Below are positions 25,837 through 36,100 of a DNA stretch of 40,926 nt, in pieces. Both the position numbers and the translations under genes were made by a program. Source of the stretch: a virus. Its lineage: Duplodnaviria > Caudoviricetes. Numbering within the stretch: position 1 is the first letter of the stretch; the number at the start of each line of letters is the position of its first letter. The DNA is taken from the IMG/VR virus record IMGVR_UViG_3300030376_004413, positions 1 through 40,926 of that record. The stretch is one strand, 5' to 3'. The notes beneath the pieces are model-generated. The model was not told the DNA's origin, did no database searches, and saw only the letters and a program-made list of their open reading frames with translations.

Positions 25837-26578
25837 AAAGTGGCAAACCTTATTAAGTATAAGGGACTGGATTATAGCTGTCCAACCGGCTGAGTACAGC
25901 AGGGATTTTACATTTAGAAAAATAAATGCAGATAAAAAGATAGCTACTATATATCATTATGAAGAAATTCAAGAGTATGATATAGTAAATAGTCTACTTT
26001 ATATTGTATTTCCTGATCTTAATCCAGACGAAACTGTAAAGGATTATGAGCAATGGATTGACGATGTAACTTGCAATCTTCTTGACCCTAATTGTGATTT
26101 TGAGGGTAAGTATGATGATGATTGGAAAGACTTATATAAGTCTGTTACTACAGAAAAAGTAAGCTATAGACCCCATAAAGTAGTGTATGAAGTAATAATC
26201 TGTATCTTATTGATACTCAATGTGTTATTGACGAATAAATTGTATAATTTAGAAAATATTATGGAAATAAAAACTAAGTATTATAAACCCCTGGATTCCA
26301 GGTTAACAATCAAGCAATCTAACATAGACGGTCTTGGTTTATTTGCAGTTACAGATATAAAAGAAGGAGAAGTTCTTGGTATATCACATGTATATGACGA
26401 GAGATTTAAGGATCGTTTTATTAGAACTCCTCTTGGAGGATTTATTAATCATTCTAAAGAACCTAATCTTGAAGCAAAGATAGATGGTGATTATAGATAT
26501 GTAAAGACTCTTAAGAATATTGAAGAAGGGGAGGAGCTTACATTATTGTATAACCTTTATAATTTAGGAAATGAATAA
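25817..26578 (+). CDS. SET-domain protein-lysine methyltransferase with N-terminal extension
   Basis: SNIDGLGLFA, FINHS..PN, GEELTLLY in the last ~105 aa; in-frame ATG at 26261 may be an independent start. Confidence 0.85.
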   Translation: MKMNTLKKWQTLLSIRDWIIAVQPAEYSRDFTFRKINADKKIATIYHYEEIQEYDIVNSLLYIVFPDLNPDETVKDYEQWIDDVTCNLLDPNCDFEGKYDDDWKDLYKSVTTEKVSYRPHKVVYEVIICILLILNVLLTNKLYNLENIMEIKTKYYKPLDSRLTIKQSNIDGLGLFAVTDIKEGEVLGISHVYDERFKDRFIRTPLGGFINHSKEPNLEAKIDGDYRYVKTLKNIEEGEELTLLYNLYNLGNE

Positions 26579-26825
26579 ATTTAATAACGAAGAAGTAGAT
26601 CCTGAAATGGTTAAAGATACTTTACAAGGAGCATGTAACATTACTAAGAGTATTGTTAAAGACCTTGTAGACTCTGATAAGAAAGGAGTTGAAGAATATG
26701 GTACTACTGTAGATCGTGAGGATTATAGTCTTAAAGAGTGGTTACAGCATGCTTATGAAGAAACTCTAGATACTGCAAAATATCTTGCAGCAGCTATTAA
26801 GAAACTTGAAGACCAAAACAAATGA
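26571..26825 (+). CDS. small all-alpha phage protein, possibly nucleotide-pyrophosphatase-like
   Basis: G...YG...WLQHAYEE.LD...YL pattern. Confidence 0.6.
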   Translation: MNKFNNEEVDPEMVKDTLQGACNITKSIVKDLVDSDKKGVEEYGTTVDREDYSLKEWLQHAYEETLDTAKYLAAAIKKLEDQNK

Positions 26826-26938
26826 TTGATCAGACTTTAACAGCAATAGGATTTACACTCTTAATGTTATGTGTATTTTTAATTATAGATGCTAAATGCA
26901 GTAACAGAAGAAATAACCGAGACGATGAAAAATTATAG
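26822..26938 (+). CDS. 38-aa single-TM microprotein (not in ORF track)
   Basis: ATGA overlap; MIDQTLTAIGFTLLMLCVFLIIDAKCSNRR... Confidence 0.45.
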   Translation: MIDQTLTAIGFTLLMLCVFLIIDAKCSNRRNNRDDEKL

Positions 26939-27194
26939 AGATTATTGGGAAGACCGTGAAAACCTTCGAGAGGAAGAGCCAAATTTATCGTTAACTAATA
27001 GGTACTACATCAGTACTGATATTGGTAAAATATACTATAAAGATATACCAGAAGATGTACATATGACTACAGAAGATGTAGGAGAGTATACAGGCACACC
27101 GGTTGGGGCTTGCTGGATGAAGTATGACGGTAAGCTTTGTAAGTTATATAATACAGAAAACAATCTTCAAGTAATTAAAATAGAATATGAGTAA
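26889..27194 (+). CDS. hypothetical protein
   Basis: 101-aa ORF; true start may be ATG 26925. Confidence 0.65.
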   Translation: MLNAVTEEITETMKNYRDYWEDRENLREEEPNLSLTNRYYISTDIGKIYYKDIPEDVHMTTEDVGEYTGTPVGACWMKYDGKLCKLYNTENNLQVIKIEYE

Positions 27195-27312
27195 GAAAGA
27201 ATTGATAGAAGCAATACTGGACATTATACACTCAGCCGATAGTGGGCTAAGTACTCACCAAAGAGTAAGTGAGATAGAGAAAGTATTAAACCAAAACAAA
27301 GAAGATGGGTAA
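27187..27312 (+). CDS. 41-aa hypothetical protein (not in ORF track)
   Basis: MSKKELIEAILDII...; 8-nt overlaps with both neighbours. Confidence 0.55.
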   Translation: MSKKELIEAILDIIHSADSGLSTHQRVSEIEKVLNQNKEDG

Positions 27313-27640
27313 GATATGGTTAATTGATATAGACGGTACTATTTGTGAAGATGTACCTAACGAAGAGTCTCATAAATTTTTAATTGCTAAACCTTTTCCT
27401 AACGCTGCTAAAAAGATTCAAGAATTTAAAGACAGAGGAGATACGGTAGTATTTTTTACAGCTCGTACAGACAAGCATAAAGTAGTTACAGAAGCTTGGT
27501 TAGATGAGCATGGTTTCCCTTACGACAGTGTAATCTATAATAAGCCTAGAATCAAAGATGGTCAGCAATACCATTGGATTGACAATAAACCTGTCAGGGC
27601 ATCATACATCCCTGAAGGTATGACGCGCGTAAAATTTTAA
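27305..27640 (+). CDS. HAD-superfamily phosphatase (capless)
   Basis: DIDGT motif I, FTAR motif II, KP motif III, IDNK motif IV. Confidence 0.88.
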   Translation: MGKIWLIDIDGTICEDVPNEESHKFLIAKPFPNAAKKIQEFKDRGDTVVFFTARTDKHKVVTEAWLDEHGFPYDSVIYNKPRIKDGQQYHWIDNKPVRASYIPEGMTRVKF

Positions 27641-27649
27641 AATATAATT

Positions 27650-27805
27650 ATGACTAAAAAACTTCTTATCTCTAAAAAAGAAATGATAAAAATGTATAGT
27701 AAAAACAAAAAGTACCAGGATAAATATGGATCTTTTGATAGATTCTTAGCAGATCAAAAACAATATTTTGATGGTCAAAATGTAAAATATTCCTTAATAG
27801 ATTAG
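27650..27805 (+). CDS. 51-aa hypothetical protein (not in ORF track)
   Basis: MTKKLLISKKEMIKMY...; fills the gap exactly. Confidence 0.55.
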   Translation: MTKKLLISKKEMIKMYSKNKKYQDKYGSFDRFLADQKQYFDGQNVKYSLID

Positions 27806-27807
27806 AT

Positions 27808-28005
27808 ATGATAAAAAATAGAATAGATTATAGCTTCTGTATAATGAAGCATATAGGAGATACAAAACACCTGTTAACACAATCAGATGAAGTCTTTGAA
27901 GAAGAAGATGAGTTTATGATGTCAAATATGGTGGAGGTTCTTAATCAGAACTCAGATAGTGATTGTAAATATGAATTAATAAAAATACCTAAGAGAAATG
28001 GTTGA
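27808..28005 (+). CDS. hypothetical protein
   Basis: 65-aa ORF. Confidence 0.65.
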   Translation: MIKNRIDYSFCIMKHIGDTKHLLTQSDEVFEEEDEFMMSNMVEVLNQNSDSDCKYELIKIPKRNG

Positions 28006-28456
28006 TAGATTTGATATGGTTAAACTTGATAGCGCTGTAAATTGTGTGTGCAAGGTTATGGGTTTAAATAAAGAAGACCTTATTACAAGGAAAAGAGATC
28101 GCATTCTTGTTGATGCGAGGCGTATAGTAGCTAACATTATAATGAATGAGGAGATATGTTCTATATCAGGACTTGCTAGGTCTATGGGTAAGAATCATGC
28201 TACTCTTATTCATTACCGTAAGACGCATAACGATGTGTATGGTACCGATCTAAGGTATACCCGTACTTATCAGATGTGTCTTAGGGCTTATAAAGGAGAA
28301 GCTCATAGAACCTTTGAGGATATACTTAAAATAAATGATGATTTTCAAAGCAAGCTTGATGAGATAGAAAGCTTGAAATCTGAAAATGCAGAACTTAGCT
28401 ATACTATTCTTAAGCTTCAGAATAAGATTAGGGAGAACAGATATTCATTTGCATGA
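27998..28456 (+). CDS. DnaA C-terminal (domain IV)-like HTH protein with coiled-coil tail
   Basis: DLITRKRDRILVDARRI...LARSMGKNHATLIH resembles the DnaA basic loop and RDHTTVLHA recognition helix. Confidence 0.75.
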   Translation: MVDRFDMVKLDSAVNCVCKVMGLNKEDLITRKRDRILVDARRIVANIIMNEEICSISGLARSMGKNHATLIHYRKTHNDVYGTDLRYTRTYQMCLRAYKGEAHRTFEDILKINDDFQSKLDEIESLKSENAELSYTILKLQNKIRENRYSFA

Positions 28457-28692
28457 TACCTTTACTACTATCTTTTGCTTTAAATGTAGACACCTTAAGT
28501 TATATGTATGCTGTTCCTAGCATTGAAAAGGATACAGTGTATATACACAACGGAGAAATGTGTGATACATTTATAAGAGTGTGGGAGAGTACAGATCCTA
28601 CGCAGGAAATAGAAATAGTTGAAGACATTATACCTTACAGAAGAAGGTATATTAATAGTCTTGAAACAGCTAGTACTTACCAGTACAATTAA
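28453..28692 (+). CDS. hypothetical protein
   Basis: 79 aa; ATGA overlap. Confidence 0.6.
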   Translation: MIPLLLSFALNVDTLSYMYAVPSIEKDTVYIHNGEMCDTFIRVWESTDPTQEIEIVEDIIPYRRRYINSLETASTYQYN

Positions 28693-28735
28693 TTTGGGTA
28701 TGCCCGGTACCTTATAAACTGGGCGCGTTAGACAG

Positions 28736-28770
28736 AAAGGGGAGGAGTGATTTACCTCCCCTTTTATTTT
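28736..28770. terminator. bidirectional terminator between convergent gene blocks
   Basis: AAAGGGGAGG-AGTGATTTA-CCTCCCCTTTT; a second hairpin GCCCGGT/ACTGGGC lies at 28702-28724. Confidence 0.8.
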
Positions 28771-31700
28771 AGTCTTCTAGAGCTTCTTCTATTAATTGTT
28801 CCGCTACACCTTGCTCAGTTTCGTAAATAGATGGGTTAAATAATCCAGCTACATTCATTACTTGATTAAGTAAAGGTATTTGCTTAGAGATAAAGTACAT
28901 TTGAGGAGTACTGTCTCTGTTAGAATTTTCTCCAAACAAAAGATCTCGAGTCTCATCAATAGTATTGTCTTTTATCTGTCCTATATTTTTAATAAGAGAC
29001 ATTACCGGGAATGGAAACTTAGCAAGTTCTACAACAGATCCAGGAGAATATGGGAACGAAAGTTCTAGAGAAGTTCTCTTTAACATCAAGAACATATTTC
29101 TTGTAACAATATTATTATCATCCTCATCATCCCAATTTAATCCTGCAGATAAGAAGAGCAACAAAGCTCCCAGGGCTGAGGCAGTTCTTGCTTCTATAAT
29201 AGCTCCCCGCATCTTATCCTCCATAAGCTGAATAAATTCTTCTTTAGTAAATCTATCACGTAAGTGAGGGTTTGACTCCAAGAACTCTTGATATTTCTTT
29301 TCAGCAAACTTTCCTCCCATCCTTCCTTTATAATGATCTAACATTAAAGGCATAGTAGCTATAGCTACATCCTTTAGATTTGTTAGGGCAGGGCCTATTC
29401 CGTTCTGGAAGAGTTGTCCTAAGAATACTCTGTACCTTCCTATTTCTAGGTCGTCTAGTACAGCATCATATTTTACATCCCCAAACCTAGACTGCACCAT
29501 ACCCGGCATCCATGATCTAAACTTCATAGCCATTTGAAACAACATGTTTCCTTGCATTGCCGCTCGCTGCTCTTCAGAAATAGATCCTTTTACATTAAAT
29601 GCTACCTTTCTTACACGGTTACGCATAATGGTAAACATCTCCGGGTTTTCTTTGAAGACGTCCTTTCCTTCGTGAATGATTGAAAGTTTTCCTTTCTCAT
29701 TCTTAAACTCCATATCTAGTAATGCAGTAAAACCTTCTTTGGCTCTATCCCTTCTTACTAAATTACCAGTGCTATCAATGCCATGACTTTTCATCATAGA
29801 AACAAGAATCTTGTTATCTATCGCATCATCACCAAGTCTATGGAGAACAAAAGCATTTCTAAAAGTCATGTTTTGTTTACCCCAGGAAGAAGAAGTTTTT
29901 TCTGACTCTTCATAAGTAAGGTCTCTTGTAGATGGTCTGAAGAAAGCTACAGCATGTGCTGCTTTTATTTTATCATCAGACATATCATCTTCATCTGTAA
30001 ACTCTGCAGACCTTATGATAGGTACAAGTTTGTCTGCGTACTTAAGATCCTCTTGAGAAAACACTCTTCCTTCCCCGGCAAGAAACCTTAAATTTGATTT
30101 TGCTCCATGATAAGATGCAAATCCTAGTGGTACGTTAAGTGCGAGAGCTTTAAGTGATAGATAAGAATGCATCTTATTTAACACTTTCTGCCCTGACACA
30201 CCTCCAAGTTGAATATCAGATCCTTTTTTACCGTACAGGAGAAAGTCTACATGCTTATCAAATAGGGCTAATGTGTCATCACTTATTCCTATACGTTCAG
30301 CAATCTTACCCATTAACTTGTCTTTAATAGGTCTTCCAAACTCATCGACTACAGTTTCAGTAGCGTCTCCGTTTACAAGTATTTCTCTAAGAGTAAGCAC
30401 ATCCTCTTCAATGTTTTTCATTTGAGAGAACTTATGTACCGAATTTGTCATCAACATAAGAGAAGATGTAAGGTCTACTGACTTTATATTTTTTCCTTTC
30501 TTATACTCTGCTGCGGCAATAGCTGTCTCTGTTTTAGCTTTAAGGGCTTTTTCAAAATCTCTAGTAGACGTGCTTTTATTATCCTTTTTAAACTCTTCTT
30601 CAAGCTTTATTTTTTCTGAAGACTCGAGCTGGTTCCTTTCTTTATCAGAAAGTTTTATACGGATCTCATCAGTATAGAGTAACGGTATGCTTCTCATACT
30701 TTTTCCAGTTGCTGGATCTACTCTTCCTAGCACTTCATCCTGCTCTCTTACTTGTATATCATGTTTGAAGCTGTTCCACATTTCAGTAATTCCTTCTGCA
30801 GGTCCTAACTCAAACATCCTATCACTCATAGACTGAGATACATTAGCGATAAAGTTTCTTTTGATCTTTGTCTCAGATCCTACAAGAGAGTCAAACTTTT
30901 CATTCATCTCCGTATACATATCGTAGTAATCTTTTAAAGCTTGATTACCAGGCTTATGCATTTCTTTGTAAAGATCTGATGCGTATTCTCCAGATTCTAC
31001 ATTAGGCTGTAAAAATATTGAAGTCATATACGCTGTAGTATTTCCTTCTCTAGGATCATGCCTGTTTATAAAATCTTGTTTAGCTTTTTCTACAGCCTCA
31101 TCAAGTCTTTTCTTAAAAGCAGCATCAGTTTCATTCTTCTTCTTACGTCTTCCTAGGAAAGCGGCTGCATCAAAAGTAGGATCATCGTAAATACTATACT
31201 CCTGCTTTTTAGCCTCTTCGAATTTTTTTACATTAAAAGTGGTATTCTTTTTAAACCAGGCTGAATCTTTATTTTCTTTAGCCTTATCTCTATCATCATA
31301 GAATTGTTGAGTAGCAGGAGTTACTAATGACATGGTCTTTTTGTTAACCATCATGTCAAACACTTCCTGTATATTTTTTCCTCTAGACTTTGCCCACTCT
31401 TTGAGAGCGGCATGCTTTTCCTTTATAACAGAGAAGTCTTCAAAAGTATCGTTCTCTGCTTTATCTCTTGACGCTGTAAATAGGCTAGTAAGTCTTTTAA
31501 ATACAGGAGAGTCTACTTCAGATACCCCTAAAAAGTTAGCCCACATTCCAGGTTTTTTACCCGTCTGCTTTAAATCTATTTCAGACCCAGCCTCTTCATT
31601 CATTCTGTCGAAGAGCATGCCCTCTAGATTACTAATCATATTATTAACCTGACTTCCTACATAAAGAGCTTCAGTTTTGTCTAGAACTTTTTTAACCTCG

Positions 31701-33142
31701 CCAGATTTCATTGCTGCTTTTAATGCAGCCTCATCTTTTCCTTTTAAAGCTTCAAAGTCTTCGGAGTTAGGATCTACTGCTTTTAGTATTTCACCGTAAA
31801 ACTTAAGTTCGTTTACATACTCTCTAATATCGTTTGCAGACAAATAAGACTTAGATCCTTTTTTGACCACATTCATTTTCTTAGTTATCTCCTGGATAGT
31901 ATTAGATGCCATTTTAGTAACATCTTTAACATCATCGTATAATCTAAGAGCTTGTAAAGCACGGTCAACCTTACTCATCTTTACCTCAACAACCCTTTTC
32001 TTCTTATAGTCAGAAGTAGCTCTGTAGTCTACAAGAAGCTTTGCTCTCTCCCCCTCTAATCTTTTTATTGCTTTGTCAGTTAAAGCTTTTCCGGTAACCT
32101 CTCCTGCTACAGGAACTGGATCAAGTGTTTTAGTGCTTATGGTGCCTGCCATATTAACTGCCTTGATCTTATCACCAATAAGATTTTTCTTTTTAACCTT
32201 ATCATAATTTTTATAATCAACTCCAATAGGTATGATACGAGTCTCTCTCATATCTTCAATACCTAATTTGGTTTTAATCATTTCCTTGTAGTTACTCTGC
32301 TGAATATTCCACTCAGTTATCTTAGTACTTCTAACTACATCTACACCGTCATCCAAATTACCTTTTGAGACGTACATAGTTTTGAAGTCAAGCATTCCTA
32401 CTTGACCGTTAGAATAAACTATAAGAGCATCTATGGTACCTGCAAGGTTTTTAAACTTGTCGTGTATCATATGCTCTGTAAGTATAACAGGCTTTTTGCC
32501 GGGGTCTATGCTGTCCTGCGCTTTAAGTATGTCTTTATATAAAGCCTCTACTCCTTTATCTAAGTTGAGTAAGATTTTATTATCAAGACTCTTTACCCAC
32601 TTAGTTTCTATTCCAGAAGCTACTAAAGATTTTTCTACTACGTCAAGCATGTCTTTATGAGACATTTTTTGTACACCAGTATAATGCTTAAACATCTGCT
32701 CTACAAGTAAGTGAACAGTAGTACCTATGTCTGCGGCAGTAGTATCACTACTTGAGTAAGCCCCTATCTCATCTCTATACTTTTGTACTAAATCGGTTAC
32801 ACGATTTGCTACAACTGTATCAGTTTCTATTTCTACATACCCCTGGTCTGTTTTACGGACAGTTTGGTTTAGTAGTTTTTTAAGGACCTCTACTTGCCTC
32901 TCTACTCCTTCAGGCTCTGCCTTTAAAATCTCTTCTGCTGTAGGTTCTCCATTCTCATCCCTCTCTCCTTTATAGTTATCTATAAATTCTGGAACATACG
33001 CAAGAGTCCACTTATCCAGTGCAGTCTCTGCGTCTCCTGTTTTTTCTACAAGTTCTTTGTAGAGCTTAGAGGACTTTCCATTTTCAGCAAATACCCCCTC
33101 TATAACTTGGCTACTGCTATTTCTGATTATTGAACAACTCAT
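28769..33142 (-). CDS. large virion (cargo/ejected) protein with a PD-(D/E)XK nuclease-like domain
   Basis: 1457 aa, coupled to the RNAP gene; GTTVH...AGTID...DFKT...Q...Y motif; mostly helical remainder with a C-terminal hydrophobic segment. Confidence 0.75.
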   Translation of the reverse strand: MSCSIIRNSSSQVIEGVFAENGKSSKLYKELVEKTGDAETALDKWTLAYVPEFIDNYKGERDENGEPTAEEILKAEPEGVERQVEVLKKLLNQTVRKTDQGYVEIETDTVVANRVTDLVQKYRDEIGAYSSSDTTAADIGTTVHLLVEQMFKHYTGVQKMSHKDMLDVVEKSLVASGIETKWVKSLDNKILLNLDKGVEALYKDILKAQDSIDPGKKPVILTEHMIHDKFKNLAGTIDALIVYSNGQVGMLDFKTMYVSKGNLDDGVDVVRSTKITEWNIQQSNYKEMIKTKLGIEDMRETRIIPIGVDYKNYDKVKKKNLIGDKIKAVNMAGTISTKTLDPVPVAGEVTGKALTDKAIKRLEGERAKLLVDYRATSDYKKKRVVEVKMSKVDRALQALRLYDDVKDVTKMASNTIQEITKKMNVVKKGSKSYLSANDIREYVNELKFYGEILKAVDPNSEDFEALKGKDEAALKAAMKSGEVKKVLDKTEALYVGSQVNNMISNLEGMLFDRMNEEAGSEIDLKQTGKKPGMWANFLGVSEVDSPVFKRLTSLFTASRDKAENDTFEDFSVIKEKHAALKEWAKSRGKNIQEVFDMMVNKKTMSLVTPATQQFYDDRDKAKENKDSAWFKKNTTFNVKKFEEAKKQEYSIYDDPTFDAAAFLGRRKKKNETDAAFKKRLDEAVEKAKQDFINRHDPREGNTTAYMTSIFLQPNVESGEYASDLYKEMHKPGNQALKDYYDMYTEMNEKFDSLVGSETKIKRNFIANVSQSMSDRMFELGPAEGITEMWNSFKHDIQVREQDEVLGRVDPATGKSMRSIPLLYTDEIRIKLSDKERNQLESSEKIKLEEEFKKDNKSTSTRDFEKALKAKTETAIAAAEYKKGKNIKSVDLTSSLMLMTNSVHKFSQMKNIEEDVLTLREILVNGDATETVVDEFGRPIKDKLMGKIAERIGISDDTLALFDKHVDFLLYGKKGSDIQLGGVSGQKVLNKMHSYLSLKALALNVPLGFASYHGAKSNLRFLAGEGRVFSQEDLKYADKLVPIIRSAEFTDEDDMSDDKIKAAHAVAFFRPSTRDLTYEESEKTSSSWGKQNMTFRNAFVLHRLGDDAIDNKILVSMMKSHGIDSTGNLVRRDRAKEGFTALLDMEFKNEKGKLSIIHEGKDVFKENPEMFTIMRNRVRKVAFNVKGSISEEQRAAMQGNMLFQMAMKFRSWMPGMVQSRFGDVKYDAVLDDLEIGRYRVFLGQLFQNGIGPALTNLKDVAIATMPLMLDHYKGRMGGKFAEKKYQEFLESNPHLRDRFTKEEFIQLMEDKMRGAIIEARTASALGALLLFLSAGLNWDDEDDNNIVTRNMFLMLKRTSLELSFPYSPGSVVELAKFPFPVMSLIKNIGQIKDNTIDETRDLLFGENSNRDSTPQMYFISKQIPLLNQVMNVAGLFNPSIYETEQGVAEQLIEEALED

Positions 33143-36100
33143 TTTTTACAGGTATCTTCTGTTCCGTTTGTGTCTTTTCTTTCTATTACTGCATCTTTAC
33201 CTTTTAGCTTTTTATCGCCTTCAGTTTCTGGTGCCAGTTCAGGAGCTTTATCATGTAAAGGATTTTGCGATAAAGCTTTGCCTCTCTTCCTGGCATGCAT
33301 AGTACCTTTTAGAATTTTTCTATTCGTAAGATCTGTGTGTGCTTGGAGCATCCCTCTACTTTTTAAAACATTGTATTGTTTTATAAAGGTTTCCATAGGG
33401 ACCATTAATACTTCACCTCCTTGAAATACAGGCATAAGTTTGTCTTCCATTTGAAAACTTCCATCCTCATTTTCACCTACTACTGTTTTGGTAGCCTGTA
33501 CAATTTTTAGATTATATATTTTTTCTCCTGCAGCTACAGCATCTTCTCTTTTCTTTTTATTATTTGCTCCTAAGTATTCAGCCTTTAAAGCGTATTTAGC
33601 TTTAAGAGCTACTCTACCAGTTCTTGGTAATATATTAGGGTTATTGTGGTTTCCAAGAATACTGTCAAGCATTGCAAAGTTTTTGAAGGTTCTTTTCCCT
33701 CCTATACCCATTGATCTGTATTGATCGAAAGCATTATTTATAATTTTTGCTACTTCTTCAGAAGGAATATGCTTTGTAAGACCCACTGGATGATTTCTAA
33801 AACCAGTTTGAATTATAGCAACTTTAGCAAGTTGTTCTGCAAAGTTCCTAATCCTTCTGTCATTACTCCTAAACAATTCTCTCCAACCGTCTATAACGTC
33901 ATCTATCTCTGACGGGTCCGAAGGCTGATCGTACATTAGTATTCTATCACCTCCGGTTTCATTGAATATAGGATTAATTCTTTCTATGAAAGGATTGTTT
34001 TTAGCTACGTCAGGGAATTTTTCTACAAAGTTCTTTAACTCTAGGGCTACAGAAGGGTTACCTATTTTTTTGTCTGTAACAAAAAGATTTCTTATTTCTT
34101 CTGTAAGGTTAATGTTTTTTCCTTTTAAAGGCATCATCATTACCATGCTGTGTACCATATCATGCATAAATATATCCATCATATTTACCATAGTATCGAA
34201 TCCTAACCTTTGGTCTTTATAGTATTCTTCAAATTGCATTTCAATAGCAGGTGCAGCTAACTGCTTATTAAATTCAGGGAAGAATGGTTTGTACATCTCA
34301 GGAATAGATTCTACAGAATCTCTAAAGTCTCTTAAGTAGTTATCTTTTTTGAAGATAGTATCAAACCCTTTTATAAAATTATTCTTTTTAAGGGTCTTCA
34401 TTGATAGCTTTCTTACCAGGGATGCTGCAGCAAGACCTCCGGTACCTTTTGTATCGTAGTTCACAGCATTCATAGCATTAGACAGCTCGTCTCCCATAGA
34501 TCTTAACTTAAGAAACTCGTCAAGGATCAATAACTGATCTCTTCTAAAAGTTTCATCAGACATTTTTTGATTGTCCGGATTAAGGTGCTTCTCTAAAGAC
34601 TCATTACTTATAATATCTACTTCTGATTTAACAAGGTTTTCTTTTCCAGAGTACTTATTAAACACTGCCTCTATTATTTCTGACTGCTCTACCTTTCTTT
34701 TATTGGCAACAGTTAGCATGTTATTTCCTTGCGACCTGAAGGCATCCATCATTTCAACTACAATAGGTTGATTCGCAAAGTAAAGAGCTGTTCTAATAGG
34801 AACTCCTGCTCTTACCATAAACATAATTGTAGGAGCCATGTCAAGACCAGCATTGATGTCGATAATAAATGGATCTGCTTCAATATCTACATAAGCGTTC
34901 AAGAAGTTATTCATTACCCTCATTTTGGATAACTCTTCTTGAGTACCGGCAAATGATTCATTTCCAAATAATACAGGAGCTCCTCCTATATTGTTATTTG
35001 GAAGCTTCATCGTAGCATCAAACTCTGTGTAATTACCTACTTGTGTATTAAAATAAGTTAGCTTATGATCTTTATTTACAGCCCATCTTGCTCTCTGTCC
35101 TAGTATTTCATTTACAGACTGTAAAGCTCCTATACCTACACCCTTCTTACCCTGAAGATATCTTTCAACAGTATCAAGACTCCAACTCATCTTTAACAGG
35201 TCCTCTACAGTGTCTGTCTTTGCTTTTTGTTTTTTAAGAGCTTTAATGTCTTCAGCTATATTTTTAAGTACGCTAGATCCAATAGGCTCTATTAATCTTT
35301 CATAGTTTTCAGGAGACAGAACAATACCTTGCATAGTTCTGTTGATTTCATTCTCTACAGCTTTCTTTCCGTTTCTTTCAAACAAAGTCATAGTTGAAAA
35401 AGCTTCATCTACTTCAGGCTTAACCAGCTCAGAGATTCTTTCTCGCATCTCTTTAGTAGCTTCTTCTATATTCTTTTGAATTTCTTCTCTGGCCTTAACA
35501 GCATCTTCATCGTAATAAACTTCAAGCTCTGCTTCAAATGATTGAGCGGTAGTTATTATTCTATCTATTGTATCTAACGCCTCATCATTAGACATGTCTT
35601 CTTTAAAGTTTGAAGCAACGAGCATAGGATCCTCGTTTTCTAAGAAAAACATTTCGTTAGTGAATCCCATTTTATCTTCTCCGGAATACTGTTCTAACTC
35701 TCTGCTCATTTTATTAAGAAGAGTTATAGTCCTTCTTAGCCCTTTAAATCTTTTTTCTAGCTCTCTTTTATTAGTACGATTAGGATCTAGATTAAATTTT
35801 TCAATAAAATCTTTAACAGAGTCTGACTTCATAAAGTCAGAATAAGCTGCTTTCTTTTCTCCTTTTAGTTCCTCTACGTAGGCAGCATCGTATTCAGATT
35901 CTATGTCTTTTATCTTTTTCCTTAGGATAGGGTCATCAGAAATAATTTGATTACGAACCCTGTTTTTAAGTTCATTGACTTTATTAGGATCATTTCTTAA
36001 ATCATCAGAAGTATAAAACTCTAAGTATCTAAGCTCTGTCACACCGTCTGCATTTTTACCTACAGTGTAATGAGGGTAGTATACTGTAAGCTTGTCAACG

